A stretch of 12,743 nt of DNA from a virus (lineage: Duplodnaviria; Heunggongvirae; Uroviricota; Caudoviricetes): the IMG/VR virus record IMGVR_UViG_2740892230_000006; one strand, given 5' to 3'. Below, piece after piece: positions 8,266 through 12,743 of this stretch. Both the position numbers and the translations under genes were made by a program. The first letter of the stretch is position 1, and each line of letters begins with the position of its first letter. The notes below the pieces were generated by a model. That model saw only the letters and a list, made by a program, of their open reading frames with translations, did no database searches and was not told the DNA's origin.

Positions 8266-8657
8266 AACATACTGAACTCCGTGCAGCCGTACTGGATGCA
8301 CTGGAGAAGCATGACACCGGGGCGACGCTTTTTGATGGTCGCCCCGCTGTTTTTGATGAGGCGGATTTTCCGGCAGTTGCCGTTTATCTCACCGGCGCTG
8401 AATACACGGGCGAAGAGCTGGACAGCGATACCTGGCAGGCGGAGCTGCATATTGAAGTTTTCCTGCCTGCTCAGGTACCGGATTCAGAGCTGGATGCGTG
8501 GATGGAGTCCCGGATTTATCCGGTGATGAGCGATGTCCCGGCACTGTCAGATTTGATCACCAGTATGGTGGCCAGTGGCTATGACTACCGGCGCGACGAT
8601 GATGCGGGCCTGTGGAGTTCAGCCGATCTGACTTATGTCATTACCTATGAAATGTGA
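8262..8657 (+). CDS. U: Tail tube terminator protein U-like
   Basis: [91 protein letters not shown]...[27 protein letters not shown] is essentially the lambda gpU sequence as recalled. Confidence 0.93.
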   Translation: MKHTELRAAVLDALEKHDTGATLFDGRPAVFDEADFPAVAVYLTGAEYTGEELDSDTWQAELHIEVFLPAQVPDSELDAWMESRIYPVMSDVPALSDLITSMVASGYDYRRDDDAGLWSSADLTYVITYEM

Positions 8658-8664
8658 GGACGAT

Positions 8665-9597
8665 ATGCCTGTACCAAATCCAATAATGCCGGTGAAAGGG
8701 GCCGGGACCACACTGTGGGTTTATAAGGGGAACGGTGACCCTTATGCGAACCCGCTTTCAGACGTTGACTGGTCGCGTCTGGCTAAAGTTAAAGACCTGA
8801 CGCCCGGCGAACTGACCGCTGAGTCCTATGACGACAGCTATCTCGATGATGAAGATGCGGACTGGACTGCGACCGGGCAGGGGCAGAAATCTGCCGGAGA
8901 TACCAGCTTCACGCTGGCGTGGATGCCCGGAGAGCAGGGGCAGCAGGCGCTGCTGGCGTGGTTTAATGAAGGGGATACCCGTGCCTATAAAATCCGCTTC
9001 CCGAACGGCACGGTCGATGTGTTCCGCGGCTGGGTCAGCAGTATCGGTAAGGCGGTGACGGCGAAGGAAGTGATCACCCGTACGGTGAAGGTCACCAATG
9101 TGGGCCGTCCGTCAATGGCAGAAGATCGCAGTACGGTAACAGCGGCAACCGGTATGACCGTGACGCCTGCCAGCTCCTCGGTGGTGAAAGGGCAGGGCAC
9201 CACGCTGACCGTGGCATTCCAGCCGGAGGGCGCAACTGACAAGAGCTTCCGTGCGGTGTCAGNNNNNNNNNNCACGGTGAAAGTCACCAACGTGGGACGT
9301 CCGTCGATGGCAGAAGATCGCAGCACGGTAACAGCGGCAACCGGCATGACCGTGACGCCTGCCAGCACTTCGGTGGTGAAAGGGCAGAGCACCACGCTGA
9401 CCGTGGCATTCCAGCCGGAAGGCGCAACCGACAAGAGTTTCCGTGCGGTGTCTGCGGATAAAACAAAAGCCACCGTGTCGGTCAGTGGTATGACCATCAC
9501 CGTGAAAGGTGTTGCTGCAGGCAAGGTCAACATTCCGGTTGTATCCGGTAATGGTGAACTTGCTGTGGTTGCAGAAATCACCGTCACCGACAGTTAA
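8665..9597 (+). CDS. V: Major tail tube protein V-like with C-terminal Ig-like (Big_2-type) domain; the ORF-track start at 8635 is probably an upstream in-frame extension; a scaffold gap at 9263-9272 duplicates part of the Ig-like region
   Basis: ATG at 8665 preceded by GAGGA (8656-8660). [136 protein letters not shown]... matches lambda gpV from memory (which starts MPVPNPTMPVKG). The C-terminal ...[11 protein letters not shown]...[70 protein letters not shown]... is the Ig-like domain. Stop TAA at 9595-9597. Confidence 0.92.
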   Translation: MPVPNPIMPVKGAGTTLWVYKGNGDPYANPLSDVDWSRLAKVKDLTPGELTAESYDDSYLDDEDADWTATGQGQKSAGDTSFTLAWMPGEQGQQALLAWFNEGDTRAYKIRFPNGTVDVFRGWVSSIGKAVTAKEVITRTVKVTNVGRPSMAEDRSTVTAATGMTVTPASSSVVKGQGTTLTVAFQPEGATDKSFRAVSXXXXTVKVTNVGRPSMAEDRSTVTAATGMTVTPASTSVVKGQSTTLTVAFQPEGATDKSFRAVSADKTKATVSVSGMTITVKGVAAGKVNIPVVSGNGELAVVAEITVTDS

Positions 9598-9612
9598 TCC
9601 GGAGAGTCAGCG

Positions 9613-10035
9613 ATGTTCCTGAAAACCGAATCATTTGAATATAACGGTGTGAGCGTCACGCTTTCTGAACTGTCAGCCCTGCAGCGAATTGAGCATCTCG
9701 CCCAGCTGAAACGACAGGCAGAACAGGCGGGATCCAGTCTCAATCGACAGGTGAGCGTGGAAGATCTCGTCAGAACCGGTGCTTTTCTGGTGGCGATGTC
9801 CCTGTGGCATAGCCATCCGCAGAAGACAAAGATGCCGTCCATGAATGAAGCCGTTAAACAAATTGAGCAGGAAGTGCTTACCACCTGGCCCACAGAGGCA
9901 ATTGCTCAGGCTGAAAATGTGGTAATGCGTCTGTCCGGTATGTCTGAGTTTGTTGTGAATGATGCACCTGAACAGGCAGATGACGCCGGGCCAGCAGAGC
10001 CTGTTTCTGCGGGAAAGTGTTCGACGGTGAGCTGA
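9613..10035 (+). CDS. G: Tail assembly chaperone G-like
   Basis: MFLKTESFEYNGVSVTLSELSALQRIEHLAQLKRQAEQ...VRTGAFLVAMSLWHSHPQKTKMPSMNEAVKQIEQEVLTTWPTEAIAQAENVVMRLSGMSEFVVNDAPEQADDAGPAEPVSAGKCSTVS* is near-identical to lambda gpG as recalled. GGAGAG lies upstream of ATG 9613. Confidence 0.93.
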   Translation: MFLKTESFEYNGVSVTLSELSALQRIEHLAQLKRQAEQAGSSLNRQVSVEDLVRTGAFLVAMSLWHSHPQKTKMPSMNEAVKQIEQEVLTTWPTEAIAQAENVVMRLSGMSEFVVNDAPEQADDAGPAEPVSAGKCSTVS

Positions 10036-10451
10036 GTTTTGCCCTGAAACTGGCGCGTGAGATGGGGCGACCTGACTGGCGCGCCATGCTTGCCGGGATG
10101 TCATCCACGGAGTATGCCGACTGGCACCGCTTTTACAGTACCCATTATTTTCATGATGTTCTGCTGGATATGCACTTTTCCGGGCTGACGTACACCGTAC
10201 TCAGCCTGTTTTTCAGCGATCCGGATATGCATCCGCTGGATTTCAGTCTGCTGAACCGGCGCGAGGCTGACGAAGAGCCTGAAGATGATGTGCTGATGCA
10301 GAAAGCGGCAGGGCTTGCCGGAGGCGTCCGCTTTGGCCCGGACGGGAATGAAGTTATCCCCGCTTCCCCGGATGTGGCGGACATGACGGAGGATGACGTA
10401 ATGCTGATGACAGTATCAGAAGGGATCGCAGGAGGAGTCCGGTATGGCTGA
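9613..10451 (+). CDS. G-T: Tail assembly chaperone G-T fusion, made by -1 frameshift at 10011-10017
   Basis: The T-frame ORF (10017-10451) has no independent ribosome-binding site or plausible start and is entered only from G by the -1 shift. Its product ...FDGELSFALKLAREMGRPDWRAMLAGMSSTEYADWHRFYSTHYFHDVLLDMHFSGLTYTVLSLFFSDPDMHPLDFSLLNRREADEEPEDDVLMQKAAGLAGGVRFGPDGNEVIPASPDVADMTEDDVMLMTVSEGIAGGVRYG* matches lambda gpT as recalled. Confidence 0.85.
10011..10017 (+). promoter_or_regulatory. Programmed -1 ribosomal frameshift slippery heptamer G GGA AAG (G to G-T)
   Basis: In the G frame the codons are GCG GGA AAG TGT (...SAGKCSTVS*). A -1 slip on GGGAAAG re-reads GGG AAA GTG TTC GAC GGT GAG CTG... 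giving ...GKVFDGELSFALKLAREMGRPDW..., the T reading frame. This is the heptamer and position of the classic lambda G-T frameshift. Confidence 0.85.
10017..10451 (+). CDS. T: T-domain reading frame of the tail assembly chaperone (expressed only as the G-T frameshift product)
   Basis: Same as the G-T fusion. Stop TGA at 10449-10451 overlaps the H start ATG at 10444-10446. Confidence 0.8.
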   Translation: MFDGELSFALKLAREMGRPDWRAMLAGMSSTEYADWHRFYSTHYFHDVLLDMHFSGLTYTVLSLFFSDPDMHPLDFSLLNRREADEEPEDDVLMQKAAGLAGGVRFGPDGNEVIPASPDVADMTEDDVMLMTVSEGIAGGVRYG

Positions 10452-12743
10452 ACCGGTAGGCGATCTGGTCGTTGATTTGAGTCTGGATGCGGCCAGATTT
10501 GACGAGCAGATGGCCAGAGTCAGGCGTCATTTTTCCGGTACGGAAAGTGATGCGAAAAAAACAGCGGCAGTCGTTGAACAGTCGATGAACCGGCAGGCGC
10601 TGGCTGCACAGAAAGCGGGAATTTCCGTCGGGCAGTATAAAGCCGCCATGCGTATGCTGCCTGCGCAGTTCACTGACGTGGCCACGCAGCTTGCAGGCGG
10701 GCAAAGTCCGTGGCTGATCCTGCTGCAACAGGGGGGTCAGGTGAAGGACTCCTTCGGCGGGATGATCCCCATGTTCAGGGGGCTTGCCGGTGCGATCACC
10801 CTGCCGATGGTGGGGGCTACCTCGCTGGCGGTGGCGACCGGAGCGCTGGCGTATGCCTGGTATCAGGGCAACTCAACCCTGTCCGATTTCAACAAAACGC
10901 TGGTCCTTTCCGGCAATCAGGCGGGACTGACGGCAGATCGTATGCTGGTCCTGTCCAGAGCCGGGCAGGCGGCAGGGCTGACGTTTAACCAGACCAGCGA
11001 GTCACTCAGCGCACTGGTTAAGGCGGGGGTAAGCGGTGAGGCTCAGATTGCGTCCATCAGCCAGAGTGTGGCGCGTTTCTCCTCTGCATCCGGCGTGGAG
11101 GTGGACAAGGTCGCTGAAGCCTTCGGGAAGCTGACCACAGACCCGACGTCGGGGCTGACGGCGATGGCACGCCAGTTCCATAACGTGACGGCGGAGCAGA
11201 TTGCGTATGTTGCTCAGTTGCAGCGTTCCGGCGATGAAGCCGGGGCATTGCAGGCGGCGAACGAGGCCGCAACGAAAGGGTTTGATGACCAGACCCGACG
11301 CTTGAAAGAGAACATGGGCACGCTGGAAACCTGGGCAGACAGGACAGCACGGGCATTCAAATCCATGTGGGATGCGGTGCTGGATATTGGTCGTCCTGAT
11401 ACCGCGCAGGAGATGCTGATTAAGGCAGAGGCCGCGTTTAAGAAAGCGGACGATATCTGGAATCTGCGCAAGGATGATTATTTTGTTAACGATGAAGCGC
11501 GGGCGCGTTACTGGGATGATCGTGAAAAGGCCCGTCTTGCGCTTGAAGCCGCCCGAAAGAAGGCTGAGCAGCAGACTCAACAGGACAAAAATGCGCAGCA
11601 GCAGAGCGATACCGAAGCGTCACGGCTGAAATACACCGAAGAGGCGCAGAAGGCTTACGAACGCCTGCAGACGCCGCTGGAGAAATATACCGCCCGTCAG
11701 GAAGAACTGAATAAGGCCCTGAAAGACGGGAAAATCCTGCAGGCGGATTACAACACGCTGATGGCGGCGGCGAAAAAGGATTATGAAGCGACGCTGAAAA
11801 AGCCGAAACAGTCCGGCGTGAAGGTGTCTGCGGGCGATCGTCAGGAAGACAGTGATCATGCTGCCCTGCTGACGCTTCAGGCAGAACTCCGGACGCTGGA
11901 GAAGCATGCCGGAGCAAATGAGAAAATCAGCCAGCAGCGCCGGGATTTGTGGAAGGCGGAGAGTCAGTTCGCGGTACTGGAGGAGGCGGCGCAACGTCGC
12001 CAGCTGTCTGCACAGGAGAAATCCCTGCTGGCGCATAAAGATGAGACGCTGGAGTACAAACGCCAGCTGGCTGCACTTGGCGACAAGGTTACGTATCAGG
12101 AGCGCCTGAACGCGCTGGCGCAGCAGGCGGATAAATTCGCACAGCAGCAACGGGCAAAACGGGCCGCCATTGATGCGAAAAGCCGGGGGCTGACTGACCG
12201 GCAGGCAGAACGGGAAGCCACGGAACAGCGCCTGAAGGAACAGTATGGCGATAATCCGCTGGCGCTGAATAACATCATGTCAGAGCAGAAAAAGACCTGG
12301 GCGGCTGAAGACCAGCTTCGCGGGAACTGGATGGCAGGCCTGAAGTCCGGCTGGAGTGAGTGGGAAGAGAGCGCCACGGACAGTATGTCGCAGGTAAAAA
12401 GTGCAGCCACGCAGACCTTTGACGGTATTGCACAGAATATGGCGGCGATGCTGACCGGCAGTGAGCAGAACTGGCGCAGCTTCACCCGTTCCGTGCTGTC
12501 CATGATGACAGAAATTCTGCTTAAGCAGGCAATGGTGGGGATTGTCGGGAGTATCGGCAGCGCTATTGGCGGGGCTGTTGGTGGCGGCGCATCCGCGTCA
12601 GGCGGTACAGCCATTCAGGCCGCTGCGGCGAAATTCCATTTTGCAACCGGAGGATTTACGGGAACCGGCGGCAAATATGAGCCAGCGGGGATTGTTCACC
12701 GTGGTGAGTTTGTCTTCACGAAGGAGGCAACCAGCCGGATTGG
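10444..12743 (+). CDS. H: Tail tape measure protein H-like, 3'-truncated at window end (about 766 codons present)
   Basis: MAEPVGDLVVDLSLDAARFDEQMARVRRHFSGTESDAKKTAAVVEQSMNRQALAAQKAGISVGQYKAAMRMLPAQFTDVATQLAGGQSPWLILLQQGGQVKDSFGGMIPMF... running to ...GGKYEPAGIVHRGEFVFTKEATSRIG at the window edge with no stop. It is near-identical to lambda gpH as recalled. Absent from the ORF track only because no stop codon falls in the window. Confidence 0.93.
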   Translation, partial: MAEPVGDLVVDLSLDAARFDEQMARVRRHFSGTESDAKKTAAVVEQSMNRQALAAQKAGISVGQYKAAMRMLPAQFTDVATQLAGGQSPWLILLQQGGQVKDSFGGMIPMFRGLAGAITLPMVGATSLAVATGALAYAWYQGNSTLSDFNKTLVLSGNQAGLTADRMLVLSRAGQAAGLTFNQTSESLSALVKAGVSGEAQIASISQSVARFSSASGVEVDKVAEAFGKLTTDPTSGLTAMARQFHNVTAEQIAYVAQLQRSGDEAGALQAANEAATKGFDDQTRRLKENMGTLETWADRTARAFKSMWDAVLDIGRPDTAQEMLIKAEAAFKKADDIWNLRKDDYFVNDEARARYWDDREKARLALEAARKKAEQQTQQDKNAQQQSDTEASRLKYTEEAQKAYERLQTPLEKYTARQEELNKALKDGKILQADYNTLMAAAKKDYEATLKKPKQSGVKVSAGDRQEDSDHAALLTLQAELRTLEKHAGANEKISQQRRDLWKAESQFAVLEEAAQRRQLSAQEKSLLAHKDETLEYKRQLAALGDKVTYQERLNALAQQADKFAQQQRAKRAAIDAKSRGLTDRQAEREATEQRLKEQYGDNPLALNNIMSEQKKTWAAEDQLRGNWMAGLKSGWSEWEESATDSMSQVKSAATQTFDGIAQNMAAMLTGSEQNWRSFTRSVLSMMTEILLKQAMVGIVGSIGSAIGGAVGGGASASGGTAIQAAAAKFHFATGGFTGTGGKYEPAGIVHRGEFVFTKEATSRI

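Noticed and set aside
8635-8664. Upstream start for V at 8635 ([15 protein letters not shown]...)
   Set aside because: Lambda gpV begins MPVPNP, and the ATG at 8665 has a GAGGA Shine-Dalgarno at the right spacing. The 8635 start would overlap the end of U without a ribosome-binding site.
88-10988. Alternate-frame + strand ORFs (for example 88-348, 586-855, 1297-1599, 2242-2652, 2876-3076, 3497-3688, 8281-8526, 8828-9058, 10710-10988)
   Set aside because: They overlap well-supported genes in other frames, have no ribosome-binding site and resemble nothing I recognise.
11620-12614. Long minus-strand ORFs (11620-12150, 12096-12614, and also 11002-11580, 11486-11917) inside the H region
   Set aside because: They are antisense to a well-supported, highly conserved tape measure gene. 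The translations are low-complexity and Arg/Leu/Pro-rich, typical of antisense frames in GC-rich coding sequence, and have no ribosome-binding-site context.

Overview
This window is the head-tail morphogenesis (late) module of a lambda-like siphophage or prophage, almost certainly from an enterobacterial genome, with every gene on the + strand in canonical lambda order. It runs from the 3' end of the terminase large subunit (A) through W, portal (B), protease/scaffold (C with nested Nu3), decoration protein (D), major capsid (E), FI, FII, Z, U, major tail (V) and the G/G-T frameshift chaperone into a 3'-truncated tape measure gene (H). Calls rest on reading the translations against remembered lambda proteins, on gene order, and on overlapping start/stop codons; no search was run, so no identity figures are given. 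I do not see a novel defence or accessory system here: there is no room for a moron gene between the structural genes, and the minus-strand ORFs are antisense artefacts. The most important caveat is 16 runs of exactly 10 N, each flanked by near-identical overlapping sequence, which look like unmerged contig joins and create spurious duplications and frame breaks in A, B, C, D, E, FI and V. Secondary observations are the conserved G-T slippery heptamer, a strong internal ribosome-binding site for Nu3, a threefold repeat in the C/Nu3 C-terminus, a palindrome between D and E, and a terminator-like hairpin after E.
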